From positions 32,001-96,000 of the IMG/VR virus record IMGVR_UViG_3300017585_000267: 64,000 bases of DNA; one strand, 5' to 3'. The notes below the pieces were generated by a model. The model was not told the DNA's origin and ran no database searches. It saw only the letters and a program-made list of their open reading frames with translations. The stretch comes from a virus. Taxonomy: Duplodnaviria; Caudoviricetes. A program made the translations under genes and the position numbers. Shown here one piece after another: positions 35,022 through 45,867 of the stretch; within the stretch, counting starts at the first letter, position 1; each line of letters begins with the position of its first letter.

Positions 35022-38000
35022 ATGGAGAAGTTCAACAAGTGCCAGACCCCGCTTGAGGAGCTGAGGCTGGATACGTATCCCCAGGAGGTCCAGGAGCAGT
35101 TCTGGGACTTCCTCGACACGGTTCCCTTCATAAAGTGGATGGTGAGCCCTGACAGGCCGCTCATATCGGAGTGTCCAAGGGACGATGAGGGCAAGGTGAC
35201 GATAGACGTGACTAGGCCCCCGATCCTTGAGAACACCAAGTTCTTCAGGCAGGCGGCCATTGCGTTTGCCAACAACGGCAAGAGGTACTCAACCCTGAGG
35301 CCCAACGCCAATCCCAACAGCGACTTTGGCAGGTGGCTTCGTGAGGAGCGCCGGAGGGGGTGGGAGGGGCTAATAGACCCGTCCACCGGCATGTGGGTCA
35401 CCGGTGACATGTATTGGCTTCTCAACTACTGTCCCATACACCAGGTGGTGAAGGACAGCAAGGGGATGGCGCTTCGCGTAGTGAACTTCCCCAAGTTCTG
35501 GGACGGCCAGTTCCTGATGACCCACTACATGCACCAGGCGAGGCTTCACGGCCACCATGCCGCCGAACTGGCCAGCCGAGGGAAGGGCAAGGCGCACCCC
35601 TACAGCCAGGTCGTCTATACTCCTGATGGTATGAGGAGGTGGGGCGACATACAGGTCGGGGACCTCCTGTTCGGGGACGACGGCAAGCCGACGAGGGTGA
35701 CCATGGTTCCCTTTGACGAAGAGGAGGACATCTATACTGTCACCTTGTCTGACGGCAGATCCCTCAGTTGCACTTCAGGACACCTGTTCAGGGTAAGGGA
35801 CTGCCTGGAACACTCTTCGGAATGTGTGATTGACCTGTGGGAGATGATGCACTCAGGCTATACCTACGAGAGTCATGGCGGAACTACCGCCTATCGCTAC
35901 TCCTTGCCAAACAACGGTGCCGTGGAGTTCAGTCCACAATCAGTCCCCATAGACCCCTATTCTTTGGGGCTTCTCTTGGGGGGCGGTCTTTTCTCCATGA
36001 GTTCCACGAATACCGTGGAGTTCACTTCGGAGGAGGGGGACATTGACATATATCAGAAAAGCATACCCTACAGGATTGGTAGTGGGAAGACCCCTTGCAG
36101 CCATACTATGGAGATTCCTGGAATCAAGGGCTTCCTAAAGAAGCATGGCATGTATAGTGAGTTCCCCCAAAGGAGATTCATCCCAAGGGAGTACATGTTC
36201 AACTCCTCGGATGTACGGATGGAGGTGCTCAGGGGACTTATGGATACTTGCGGTATAGTGGACAATGAGGGTGCGCCTACATTTACTACCGCCTCATTGA
36301 GATTGGCGGATGATATAAGGTGGCTCTGCCATAGCCTTGGCTACAGCTCCCTTTTGCCTACAGGGCACCTCGAGTACGAGGGTGGCCCGCTCAGGGCCGG
36401 CTACACCGTTGCCATTCTCACCAATGACGCCATATTTCGGCTGCCTCGGAAACTGAAGGAGCTTGCAGGCTTTCCTTCTGTACATGGCCAGGACGGGAAG
36501 GACTGGACGAGCATAGTCGACATAAGGTACAGCCACAGGGAGAAGGCCAAGTGCGTCATAGTGAACAATGACAGCCACTGCTACCTCATAGGGGACTTCG
36601 TGGTCACCCACAACACCTCCCTCGGGGGAGGCATGCTCAGCCGCAGGTGCATACTGGGGGAATCCCATGACAACAGGAGCGACGTCCAGTGTTGGGTCAC
36701 GGCGACAGACCGGACGAAGTTGATGGGTGAGAACCAAATCCTCTCGATCTTCACCGACAACCTCGACTTCTGCGCGAAGAATACCCAGTTCGCAGGCCAC
36801 AGGCTAACTTCGTCAAGGCAGGAGATGCTCTGGAAGATGGGCTACAAGAAGCCAGGGAGCGACGTGGAGCATGGGTCGAAGAACTCCGTCCAGGGAATCA
36901 TAACAGGCGTGAACCAAGACAAGCTCAATGGCTCCAGGGGAGTCCTGTACCTCATTGAGGAGGCCGGCATCTTCAGGGACCTCCTGAGCATGTATACCCT
37001 CATACGCCCCTCTGTCGAGCAAGGCGATGACGTGTTCGGAGAGATAATCCTTTACGGAACCGCCGGTGACGAGCAGTCCGACTTCCAGGACTTCCAGGAG
37101 ATCATCTACAAGCCCAAGGGCTACAATGTCGAGTCTCTTCCCAATGTCTTTGACAAGGAGGGGCAGGGCAGCCAGGAGTGCGCGATATTCTACCCGGCCT
37201 ACCTGAACAGGGACGACGGCTGCATGGATGCCGACGGCAATTCCGACGTAACCAAGGCCCTGCTCGGGTTGCTGGCGGACAGGTACAGGGTGAAGTACAA
37301 CTCCTCCGACATAACCGCGATTGCCAAGCGCATCTCCCAGTACCCCATAACCCCCCAGGAGGCCATTCTCAGGTCCCATCATTCCATATTCCCGATAACG
37401 GAGCTCATCGAAAGGCTGAACCAGATAGACAACAACCCTTCCGAGTACGACGACGTGTACATCGGGGAGCTCCTGGAGGGAACCAGCGGCAAGATGGAGT
37501 TCATACCGACCAATGACATCCCGATAAGGGACTTCCCGACGAAGGACAACAAGGTGAAGGGCGCATTGGAGATCTTCGAGATGCCCCAGAAGGACGGGCA
37601 GGGCGACGTGTTCTCGGAGAGGTACCTGGCAAGCTGCGACCCTTACGACGATGACTCGTCTAACACAATGTCCTTGGGGTCCATCTTCGTCCTCGATTCC
37701 TGGACCGACAGGCTGGTGGCCGAGTACACCGGAAGGCCCGAATATGCCGACGATTTCTTTGAGATCGCCCGCAAGCTGTGCTTCTTCTACAATTGCCAGA
37801 TGATGTACGAGAACAACAAGAAGGGCCTCTTTGCGTACTTCAGCAAGAAGAACTGCGTCTACAAGCTGGCGGACACCCCTACGTACCTCAGGGACAAGCA
37901 GCTGATAAAGGAGATTGGGTACGGCAACAAGCTGAAGGGGATAGCGATGTACGGGAGTGACAAGCCAGGCACCTTGAGGAACTATGGCTATACCCTGATT

Positions 38001-38297
38001 AAGGAATGGTTGATACAGAAGGTATCCAAGGTAGAGAAGGATGACCAGGGCAATGACATCGAGACCTCCATCCCAAACCTGTACTTCATCAGGAACAGGG
38101 CCTTGCTCAGGGAGCTCATCCTCTGGAACCCCAACATCAACGTGGACCGCATCATGTCCCTCATGCAGCTCATGCTCTATCGCCAGGAAAAGGTGATACT
38201 CTATCAGGGTGACCTCAGCAAGCCCTCAACCAGGGACAGCTCACAGGACCTCGACAACGACGAGTTCTTCAAGAGGAACTATCCGAAGGGGTTCTGA
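35022..38297 (+). CDS. terL: terminase large subunit containing an intein
   Basis: Walker A SRGKGK|TS, Walker B LIEEAG, GTAG coupling motif, nuclease CDPYD. Confidence 0.93.
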   Translation: MEKFNKCQTPLEELRLDTYPQEVQEQFWDFLDTVPFIKWMVSPDRPLISECPRDDEGKVTIDVTRPPILENTKFFRQAAIAFANNGKRYSTLRPNANPNSDFGRWLREERRRGWEGLIDPSTGMWVTGDMYWLLNYCPIHQVVKDSKGMALRVVNFPKFWDGQFLMTHYMHQARLHGHHAAELASRGKGKAHPYSQVVYTPDGMRRWGDIQVGDLLFGDDGKPTRVTMVPFDEEEDIYTVTLSDGRSLSCTSGHLFRVRDCLEHSSECVIDLWEMMHSGYTYESHGGTTAYRYSLPNNGAVEFSPQSVPIDPYSLGLLLGGGLFSMSSTNTVEFTSEEGDIDIYQKSIPYRIGSGKTPCSHTMEIPGIKGFLKKHGMYSEFPQRRFIPREYMFNSSDVRMEVLRGLMDTCGIVDNEGAPTFTTASLRLADDIRWLCHSLGYSSLLPTGHLEYEGGPLRAGYTVAILTNDAIFRLPRKLKELAGFPSVHGQDGKDWTSIVDIRYSHREKAKCVIVNNDSHCYLIGDFVVTHNTSLGGGMLSRRCILGESHDNRSDVQCWVTATDRTKLMGENQILSIFTDNLDFCAKNTQFAGHRLTSSRQEMLWKMGYKKPGSDVEHGSKNSVQGIITGVNQDKLNGSRGVLYLIEEAGIFRDLLSMYTLIRPSVEQGDDVFGEIILYGTAGDEQSDFQDFQEIIYKPKGYNVESLPNVFDKEGQGSQECAIFYPAYLNRDDGCMDADGNSDVTKALLGLLADRYRVKYNSSDITAIAKRISQYPITPQEAILRSHHSIFPITELIERLNQIDNNPSEYDDVYIGELLEGTSGKMEFIPTNDIPIRDFPTKDNKVKGALEIFEMPQKDGQGDVFSERYLASCDPYDDDSSNTMSLGSIFVLDSWTDRLVAEYTGRPEYADDFFEIARKLCFFYNCQMMYENNKKGLFAYFSKKNCVYKLADTPTYLRDKQLIKEIGYGNKLKGIAMYGSDKPGTLRNYGYTLIKEWLIQKVSKVEKDDQGNDIETSIPNLYFIRNRALLRELILWNPNINVDRIMSLMQLMLYRQEKVILYQGDLSKPSTRDSSQDLDNDEFFKRNYPKGF
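35592..36614 (+). mobile_element. intein (341 aa, Ala1, class-3-like) with degenerate LAGLIDADG endonuclease
   Basis: Begins AHPYSQVVYTPDG, ends VVTHN|T, inserted within Walker A. Confidence 0.9.
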
Positions 38298-38428
38298 AGG
38301 GGTAATAAGTGAAATACATCCTTTAGCTGCGCTTAGTAACTATTTTAGGTCCCATAGAAACATCGGACTATTAGTTATTTTTGCATCAAATGAAGAACTT
38401 AAGAAGTAGGACTTAAAGAGAAGATAAC

Positions 38429-39613
38429 ATGGAAGAACTGAGTTTCGACAACATCTTGGGGGAGAGCCAGATTGAAAATCTGTTCACCTACCAGGATGAC
38501 GCCCAGGCAAATGGGCAGGAAAGACAGGGGGATCCCGGGGATGACAGTCCCGAGGAACCCCAAAAACAAGAAGAAGACACTGCTGAGACCATAAATCCCG
38601 ACGAGCTATTCGTGGATGAAAAGTCAGAGAGCGTAGGTAGTGGAAAAAGCAATGAAGCCAACAGGGAACAGGAAGATGCCGACCTCCCGGCGAGTGACGG
38701 TACTTCTCCAAACAATCGCTTCTACTCTTCCATTGCCAAAGCTTTGAGGGAGGAAGGCATTTTCCCAGACCTTGATGATGAGCTCATTGAGAAGGCTTCC
38801 GGCCCTGAGGAATTCAGGGACTTGGTGGAAGCGCAGATTAAGGCAGGACTTGACGAAAGGCAGAGGAGGGTTGACGCGGCGCTCAACAACGGCGTGGAGC
38901 CCTCGGACATCAGGAAGTTCGAAGGGACCCTCAAGTATCTGTCCTCCATAAAGGAGGCGGATGTCATGGCGGAGACTGAAGATGGCGAAAGGCTCAGGAG
39001 GAACCTCATCTACCAGGACTACCTCAACAGGGGGTTCACACAGGAAAAGGCCCTCAAGTTCACAGAGAGGACCGTGGAGAACGGAACTGACGTGGAGGAT
39101 GCCAAGGAAGCCCTTGCCAGCAACAGGGAGTACTTCAAGGAAGGCTACGACAAGCTTCTCAAGGAGGCCCAGGAAGAGGCTGACAAGGAAAGGGCCGAGA
39201 GGGAGGCGAAGGCTGCCAAGGTCAAGGACTCCATTATGAAGGACAGGGGCTTGTTGGGAGACATTGAGTTGGATGCGAGCTTGAGGAAGAAGGCGTTCGA
39301 CACAATCTACAAGCCTGTGTACAAGGACCCCGAGACGGGAGACTACTACACTGAACTTCAGAAGTATGAGCGCGACAACCATGAGGACTTCATGAAGTAT
39401 GTCGGACTCATCTACACCCTTACCAATGGGTTCAAGGACTTTGATGGGTTTACCAAGGGTAAGGTGAAGAAGGAAGTAAAGAAAGGCCTCAGGGAGTTGG
39501 AGCACACCCTGAACAGCACGAGGCGGAACGCCAATGGCAACCTGGCCTTGGTCACAGGGGTGACAGATGACCCAGAGTCATTCATAGGCAAGGGGGTTAA
39601 GCTAGATTTCTAG
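38429..39613 (+). CDS. putative capsid scaffolding protein
   Basis: Acidic helical 394-aa protein directly upstream of the MCP. Confidence 0.7.
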   Translation: MEELSFDNILGESQIENLFTYQDDAQANGQERQGDPGDDSPEEPQKQEEDTAETINPDELFVDEKSESVGSGKSNEANREQEDADLPASDGTSPNNRFYSSIAKALREEGIFPDLDDELIEKASGPEEFRDLVEAQIKAGLDERQRRVDAALNNGVEPSDIRKFEGTLKYLSSIKEADVMAETEDGERLRRNLIYQDYLNRGFTQEKALKFTERTVENGTDVEDAKEALASNREYFKEGYDKLLKEAQEEADKERAEREAKAAKVKDSIMKDRGLLGDIELDASLRKKAFDTIYKPVYKDPETGDYYTELQKYERDNHEDFMKYVGLIYTLTNGFKDFDGFTKGKVKKEVKKGLRELEHTLNSTRRNANGNLALVTGVTDDPESFIGKGVKLDF

Positions 39614-39662
39614 GGGCCTGACAATGATAGAAACCACTTAACTTTATTTAAATTTAAAAAGT

Positions 39663-41174
39663 ATGGCCGGTAAATTAGGTAAATTTCAGACCCAGACTTT
39701 CAGTCACTGGAAAGGCTTGACCAAGGACAACCACCTTGGCAGCATCTATACTCTCTATCCCCAGAAGGCTACGAACCTCACGGTTCAGCTCCTCGCCTTC
39801 TACAGGGGCAAGACCCTGGACACCTTCCTCTCGAAGTTCCCCACGAAGGAATTTGAGTCGGGCGACGAGTACACATGGGATGTCGTAAGCAGCTCCTCGA
39901 GGAACATTCCCCTTGTGGAGGCCCGTACCATTGACGGTGCGGCCATCTCGGATGAGGTAGTCCTTGGTGCCAATGGCGAGCCGTTCTACCTCGTGTTTGG
40001 CGAGGACTGGTTCGCGGATCAGGAGGTGATTGTGGGTGAGCTCAACGAGGTCTATCCGCTGAGGATTCTTGGCGATGGCCGCAATGAGGGTACCAACACT
40101 GTATATAAGGTGGAGCTTATGGGAGGCATCACCTCTGGCATGCCCGTAGAGGAGCTTGCTGCTGGCAAGAGGTTCTCCGTTGAGTACGCCCCTGTGGAGC
40201 GTGAGCTGTCCAGGAAGGCCGGCGACGTTCGCTTCAGCTCCCCCGTGAGCATGAGGAATGAGTTCACGACGATCCGTATCCAGCACAAGGTCCCGGGATC
40301 CATGCTCAACAAGAAGCTCGCCGTGGGCATCCCCGTGACGAGGGAGACCAATGGCCGCTACGTGAAGGACACCGTGAACATGTGGATGCACAACGTTCAG
40401 TGGGAGCTCGAGAAGCAGTGGGCCGACTACAAGAACAACGTGCTCGCCTTTGGCCGCAGCAACCGCAACAAGAACGGCGAGTACCTCAACATCGGCAAGT
40501 CCGGTGAGGTCATCCGCATGGGCGCCGGCCTCTACGAGCAGATGGAGGTTGCCAATACGATGTATTACAACACGTTCTCCCTCAAACTTCTTGAGGAGGC
40601 CCTGTATCAGCTCTCCGCCGCCAAGCTCGACTTCGGCGAGAGGACCTTCATCATCAAGACCGGTGAGAGGGGTGCCATCCAGTTCCACAAGGAAGTCCTC
40701 AAGACCGTTAGCGGCTGGGTTGCCTTCCAGCTCAATGGCGACCAGCTGGGCATCATAAGGAAGACCCAGTCCCCGCTCAGTGAGAACGCTCTCTCGGCTG
40801 GCTTCCAGTTCGTGGAGTACCAGGCTCCCAATGGTGTCAAGGTGAAGATTGACGTGGATCCCTACTATGATGATCCCACCAGGAACAAGCTCCAGCATCC
40901 CAATGGTGGTCCTGCCTTCTCCTACAGGTATGACATCTTCGACATTGGTACGATGGATCAGCCGAACATCTTCAAGTGCGCCATCAAGGATCAGAATGGC
41001 GACTTCACTTCCTATGAGTGGGGTCTCCGCAACCCGTTCACTGGCCAGATGGGCAACCCGAACGCCAGCCATGACGAGGATTCCGCGACCATCCACAAGA
41101 TGACCACGACTGGTGTGTGCGTCCTTGATCCTACTAGGACGATGAGCCTCATCCCTGCAATTCTTCAGGGTTAG
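39663..41174 (+). CDS. major capsid protein (crAss HK97 fold)
   Basis: MAGKLGKFQ...HWKGLTKDNHLG...QLLAFYRGK N-terminus recognised as PhiCrAss001-type; 503 aa. Confidence 0.93.
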   Translation: MAGKLGKFQTQTFSHWKGLTKDNHLGSIYTLYPQKATNLTVQLLAFYRGKTLDTFLSKFPTKEFESGDEYTWDVVSSSSRNIPLVEARTIDGAAISDEVVLGANGEPFYLVFGEDWFADQEVIVGELNEVYPLRILGDGRNEGTNTVYKVELMGGITSGMPVEELAAGKRFSVEYAPVERELSRKAGDVRFSSPVSMRNEFTTIRIQHKVPGSMLNKKLAVGIPVTRETNGRYVKDTVNMWMHNVQWELEKQWADYKNNVLAFGRSNRNKNGEYLNIGKSGEVIRMGAGLYEQMEVANTMYYNTFSLKLLEEALYQLSAAKLDFGERTFIIKTGERGAIQFHKEVLKTVSGWVAFQLNGDQLGIIRKTQSPLSENALSAGFQFVEYQAPNGVKVKIDVDPYYDDPTRNKLQHPNGGPAFSYRYDIFDIGTMDQPNIFKCAIKDQNGDFTSYEWGLRNPFTGQMGNPNASHDEDSATIHKMTTTGVCVLDPTRTMSLIPAILQG

Positions 41175-41253
41175 TTTATAAGGATAGGGGGAGGAGTTTG
41201 ACCTCCTCCCCTGATTCCTATTATTATCAAATACAATACGGAGAAGTTTAAAA

Positions 41254-42264
41254 ATGGTGAAAAGACAAGTAGTAGAAGAGGGTATCAAGCTGGACGACAG
41301 CTTTGACATGCCAATGGAACAGGTCGAACTGGCGAAGGAAGAACCCAAGGAGACCCGTGTTTCCAAGAGAATGAAGGCCGTGGGTCCTTCGGATGAGGTG
41401 GTAAGCTGCCTGAGGAATGAGCGTGTAATCGTGAGGTTCGTTCCCAAGCCCACCGCCATGGTCCAAAACCCGAAGCATATCCTCTACGGAGGAATGGCCG
41501 AGACGGCTACAAGGACCTTTGTGGTTCCCAGGCTCTCTACGGGGATGTACAAGAATGTACTTACCGACAACGAGAAGGCTTTCCTGGAGAAGGCGATGGG
41601 CCTTGAGTACAACACCCTCTCGGTCTACAAGAAGAACGACAACTTTTGGGATGACAGCAACGAGGCAGGTATAGGCAGGGTGGTGCTGCACAAGCAGGAC
41701 AACTACTTGGATCTCAGCATTCCCGAGGACTACATCAAGTACAAGATCCTTCTTGCGAACAAGAATGAGATTGCCTCTTCGCTCCAGGAGCTTGAGGACA
41801 GGCCCAAGGCGACCTACCAGTTCGTGATCATCTCGGAGAACGCGGAGGCAAGGATGGCCACATCCAACATGAGCGTGACCATGCAATGCTACAAGGAATA
41901 TGGAAAGATTGAGGATGACTTCGATACCCTAAGGGTTCTCATTGAACTCCTCGAAGGAAGGCCGGTATCTCCCAAGGTAAGGCTTGATTTCCTTCAGAGC
42001 AAGGTCAATGAGCACATACAGGCGAAGCCCAAGCTGTTCCTTCAGGCGGTGAAGGATACGCTGCTTCCCACGAAAGTGCTTATAAAGAAGAGCGTGGAGG
42101 CAGGGCTCATAGGGACAAGGAACAACCTGTATTACCTGAAACAGGACGGGTCTCCTCTTTGTGAGATAGGTGAGGAAAGTACCCTCAACAACGCTGCGAG
42201 GTACCTTAACGCACCGAAGAGGCAGGAACTGCTGTTCATGCTACAGGCAAAGGTAAAGAATTAA
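41254..42264 (+). CDS. conserved crAss protein downstream of the MCP
   Basis: CLRNERVIVRFVP...LDLSIPEDYIKYKILLAN. Confidence 0.75.
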   Translation: MVKRQVVEEGIKLDDSFDMPMEQVELAKEEPKETRVSKRMKAVGPSDEVVSCLRNERVIVRFVPKPTAMVQNPKHILYGGMAETATRTFVVPRLSTGMYKNVLTDNEKAFLEKAMGLEYNTLSVYKKNDNFWDDSNEAGIGRVVLHKQDNYLDLSIPEDYIKYKILLANKNEIASSLQELEDRPKATYQFVIISENAEARMATSNMSVTMQCYKEYGKIEDDFDTLRVLIELLEGRPVSPKVRLDFLQSKVNEHIQAKPKLFLQAVKDTLLPTKVLIKKSVEAGLIGTRNNLYYLKQDGSPLCEIGEESTLNNAARYLNAPKRQELLFMLQAKVKN

Positions 42265-42278
42265 AACAGGATTGGAAT

Positions 42279-43100
42279 ATGACGGCACAGGAAATGTCAA
42301 ACAGCTTTGATGTTCTGTACAACAACATTACATCGAACCAGGCCCCTGGGATCAACGAGTACGAGAAGAGTGTCTTCTTGACCAAGGCCCAGGATGAGAT
42401 AGTGAAGAACTATTTCACCGCCTCCAGCAAGGGCAACAACCTCCAACAGGGGTTCGATGACTCTGCCAAGAGGCAGGCCGACTTTTCCATGCTGCTCAAT
42501 TCCAAGGCCCTTGCCGCGATAAGCTCCTCGGAGCTTCCCTCAAGCTGGAGCGCGATAGACAGCAGGAGCAGGAAGTACTTCTATCCGGATGACGTGTACA
42601 TCATCATCAACGAGGCCATAGTCACCCAGAGCTCCGGCAGCGACAGGATCCTCCAGGTGATTCCCCTCAGGTACGACGAGTACACGAGACTTATGTCAAA
42701 GCCCTATAAGAGGCCTCTCAAGAACCAAGCTTGGAGGCTTCTTACAGGTGCCATGACAAGGGGTTCGGTGGATGGGAAGATCGCTGAGGTGATGCTTCCA
42801 AACAGCAACCTTACGGTGGCTTCCAATGGATATACCATACGATATATCTCCAGGCCCCTGCCAATCATCCTTACGCCACTTGACGATGAGGGTGTGTCGA
42901 TAGGTGGCGGATATGTCGGCGGTAACTCCAGCGGGAAGGCGGTGAAGTCAAGTCCGGTGGGCCCCGCCGAGTGCCAGCTCGACGAGATCCTTCATGAGGA
43001 CATCCTTCAGAGGGCGGTGGAGCTTGCCAAGATAGCCTGGACTGCAACTGGCCAGGACAACATACAGGCCGAGATGACCGCCGGTACCAGGAGCGAATAG
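42279..43100 (+). CDS. tail ring (neck) protein, paralog 1
   Basis: MT.QE.SN.FD...YEKSVFLT.AQ...C.LD..H.DI. Confidence 0.75.
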   Translation: MTAQEMSNSFDVLYNNITSNQAPGINEYEKSVFLTKAQDEIVKNYFTASSKGNNLQQGFDDSAKRQADFSMLLNSKALAAISSSELPSSWSAIDSRSRKYFYPDDVYIIINEAIVTQSSGSDRILQVIPLRYDEYTRLMSKPYKRPLKNQAWRLLTGAMTRGSVDGKIAEVMLPNSNLTVASNGYTIRYISRPLPIILTPLDDEGVSIGGGYVGGNSSGKAVKSSPVGPAECQLDEILHEDILQRAVELAKIAWTATGQDNIQAEMTAGTRSE

Positions 43101-43124
43101 TGTGACATCTAACTTATTGAAGAT

Positions 43125-43919
43125 ATGACGGCGCAAGAAATGTCCAATGAGATGGATACCCTGCTGAATGCCTATTCGCAGAATCCGGACTTCGGCAAGG
43201 ACACCGACATGAGGGACATAAGGCTCGACGAGTATGAGAAGAGCGTACTCCTCACCCATGCACAGGAAGCCCTGATCAAGGCCTATTTCCAGAACAACAC
43301 CGCCAATGACGGCAATGGGTTCGACGACTCCGAAAGGAGGCAGATGGACTACTCCACCCTCATAACCAACAATGGTCTGGGCTCAGACCCCCTTTCGGAT
43401 GTGGCCAGCGTCTTTGATGAGGGGGCTCTCGCCTTCGCCTTCCCCTCGAATGTACTCTTCGTGCTCAACGAGAGGGTGCTGGTGAAGAACGCAGGTGCCA
43501 CCACCGAGGAATACGTAGTGATTCCAATCAACTACAACGACTACGACAGGCTCCAGAGCAAGCCCTACACCAAGCCGCTCAAGAAGCAGGCCTGGAGGAT
43601 GCTTAACAACGGCACCTACACAGGTGTCACTGGAACCAGGAAGTTCGTGGAGATAATCCTCAGGGACGAGCTGTCGGACGGGGAGTCGGCAATATATAAG
43701 GTCAGGTATGTACGGAGGCCAAGGCCCATCCTCACCGAGGACTTTACTGGCATGGACCTTAGCTTCGCTGGGGACACCGAGGAGGCTGCGGTCACTGGTC
43801 CACAGGACTGTGAGCTTGACCCCATCATGCACAGGGACATAGTGAACGAGGCCGTAAGGCTTGCGATAGCCAGCAGGGGGAGCCAGCCCACGACAACCAC
43901 CAGGTCAAACAGTCAGTAA
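43125..43919 (+). CDS. tail ring protein, paralog 2
   Basis: Same motif set as paralog 1. Confidence 0.75.
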   Translation: MTAQEMSNEMDTLLNAYSQNPDFGKDTDMRDIRLDEYEKSVLLTHAQEALIKAYFQNNTANDGNGFDDSERRQMDYSTLITNNGLGSDPLSDVASVFDEGALAFAFPSNVLFVLNERVLVKNAGATTEEYVVIPINYNDYDRLQSKPYTKPLKKQAWRMLNNGTYTGVTGTRKFVEIILRDELSDGESAIYKVRYVRRPRPILTEDFTGMDLSFAGDTEEAAVTGPQDCELDPIMHRDIVNEAVRLAIASRGSQPTTTTRSNSQ

Positions 43920-43931
43920 TCATCTTGGGAC

Positions 43932-44660
43932 ATGACGGTACAGGAACTTTCAAATGAGTTCGACACTCGGATAGCGGCTTACGTCAACCTCCATAAGTTC
44001 GAGGAGAATGAGTCCTTGGACTCCCTGGAGTTTGACGACTATGAGAAGTCCGTGTTCCTGACGATGGCCCAGGAAGAGTATGTGCTTGGCCTGTATAACG
44101 GGAAGAACAGGTACGGTGAGGGGTTTGAGAATACCGAGGAGCTTCGTAGGTACCTGGCGCCGCTCATCAAGGAAACCTATCCAGTGCTCACTCCCATAAC
44201 GGGAGTGTCCAACGTACCGCTGGGAATCTCCTCGAACAGCAGGTTCTTCACCCTGCCTGAGGACTTGTGGTTCATTACCTATGAGGCTGTGACTATAAGC
44301 AACGCGGGGAAGTGCAATGACGGGGCCACCCTGCAAGTTGTTCCGGTTACCCAGGATGAATACCACAGGGTGAAGGACAATCCCTTCAGGGGTCCCAACA
44401 AGCGGCGTGCCTTGAGACTGGACCTCTCTGACGGAGTGGTTGAGGTGGTCTGCATCTATGACGTGACCGGCTACTATGTGAGGTATCTCAGGAAGCTTTC
44501 CCCAATCATACTGATAGACCTCCCAAAAGGCCTTTCGATAAGGGAAGTGAGTGCCGCAACCGAGTGCGTCTTTCCTGACACCGTACAGGACAGCATCCTG
44601 AACCTTGCCGTGGAGATTGCCACAAGAAGCAAATCAGGTGGCAAGACTGCGGCATCCTGA
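43932..44660 (+). CDS. tail ring protein, paralog 3
   Basis: Same motif set plus NPFRGP. Confidence 0.75.
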   Translation: MTVQELSNEFDTRIAAYVNLHKFEENESLDSLEFDDYEKSVFLTMAQEEYVLGLYNGKNRYGEGFENTEELRRYLAPLIKETYPVLTPITGVSNVPLGISSNSRFFTLPEDLWFITYEAVTISNAGKCNDGATLQVVPVTQDEYHRVKDNPFRGPNKRRALRLDLSDGVVEVVCIYDVTGYYVRYLRKLSPIILIDLPKGLSIREVSAATECVFPDTVQDSILNLAVEIATRSKSGGKTAAS

Positions 44661-44727
44661 TATATTGGAGGCCCCAAGTTGCCAACAACGGGGGGCTATT
44701 GTTAAACTAAATTCTTTATTTTTTAAA

Positions 44728-45702
44728 ATGAACCAAAGCGTAAACCAAAACAGGCAGCTCTACGTAATGAACAGTTACGCGGCTGTCAGTGAGAGCAGCG
44801 CCACTGGAACCATTGAGGTCGACAGCATCGGCGAGGGTCGCCAGGCTAAGGTTTTCCTTAAGTACAAGGGTGCGGACACTGTTCTCAGGAGTGATTACAT
44901 TAGCCCCGCCAACATAGCCTATGTAAAGGCCGTGGCGGCTTCATCCATGGAGCCGAAGCTCAATGTGGTCACCGTGACCCTTGATTCCAACGTCAACGGC
45001 GGCGCCCCCGTGGCTGGCCAGGAGTATATGCTCCGCATCAGCTTCAAGCAGTTCTTCGGGATGTCTGACTCCGACACCTATGAGAAGCTTGTGTCTGTGA
45101 CCGCCACTTCAGGGGAGACTGCCGAGCAGCTTTACAAGGCTCTTGAGACGGCCCTCAACAAGAACTTCTCCAAGGAAGTGGGGGCCACCCCAACCAGCAA
45201 CCCGTACCTTGAGTTCTCTTCCAGCGCCTCCGGCCTGGTAATCACCGAGAAGGAGCAGGACTGGAAGAGGGGCAAGATTTCCGCAGAGAGGGTTCTCTTC
45301 GACGTCTATGCGGGAACCATCAACACCGGCACCTTGGTAGCACCTGTTGAGTCCGCCTGGGCAGTGATCACCAAGTCCTCCAGCACCACGACCATCTGCA
45401 ATGGCAAGGCCATCGCCGACCTTGAGTATTTCGCGATGGGTGAAAGGGGCGACCAGTACAGGGGCATGGGATTCCCCAACAACATCGACACGACCTACCT
45501 CGTGGATGCCTCCAAGCATTACGATGTACTTGAGATTCACTATGCCTTCTATGATTCCGGCGTGAACTCCTACAGGAGCGAGAAGGACATCACCATTGTC
45601 TGCGACCACGACAATGTAGCCCAGCTTAACTCCCTCATCGACGCCTTCGAGACTGCCACCGGCCTCACCATCGATGGCGTATCCACCGCGACCGGGGACT
45701 AA
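44728..45702 (+). CDS. auxiliary capsid (decoration) protein
   Basis: SVNQNRQLYV...IADLEYFAMGERGDQYR...SEKDITIV; terminator at 45724-45752. Confidence 0.7.
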   Translation: MNQSVNQNRQLYVMNSYAAVSESSATGTIEVDSIGEGRQAKVFLKYKGADTVLRSDYISPANIAYVKAVAASSMEPKLNVVTVTLDSNVNGGAPVAGQEYMLRISFKQFFGMSDSDTYEKLVSVTATSGETAEQLYKALETALNKNFSKEVGATPTSNPYLEFSSSASGLVITEKEQDWKRGKISAERVLFDVYAGTINTGTLVAPVESAWAVITKSSSTTTICNGKAIADLEYFAMGERGDQYRGMGFPNNIDTTYLVDASKHYDVLEIHYAFYDSGVNSYRSEKDITIVCDHDNVAQLNSLIDAFETATGLTIDGVSTATGD

Positions 45703-45867
45703 TCGTATCTGCATGAAATTCTTGGGGGATGGACCGTTCCGTCCCCCTTTTTGGTCTCTGTGGTATAAGGGGTTTCGTTAAGTCGGCGAAAATTTCCAGT
45801 AATGCCTTCAAAGAAATCCACATAAATTCGTATCTTTGGTGCAATAATAGGTTTGGTGGAACAGGGT

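Noticed and set aside
39675-41459. 594-aa antisense ORF over the MCP (and similar ones at 57892-59364 and 3385-4488)
   Set aside because: Mirror frames of well-supported genes with no recognisable motifs
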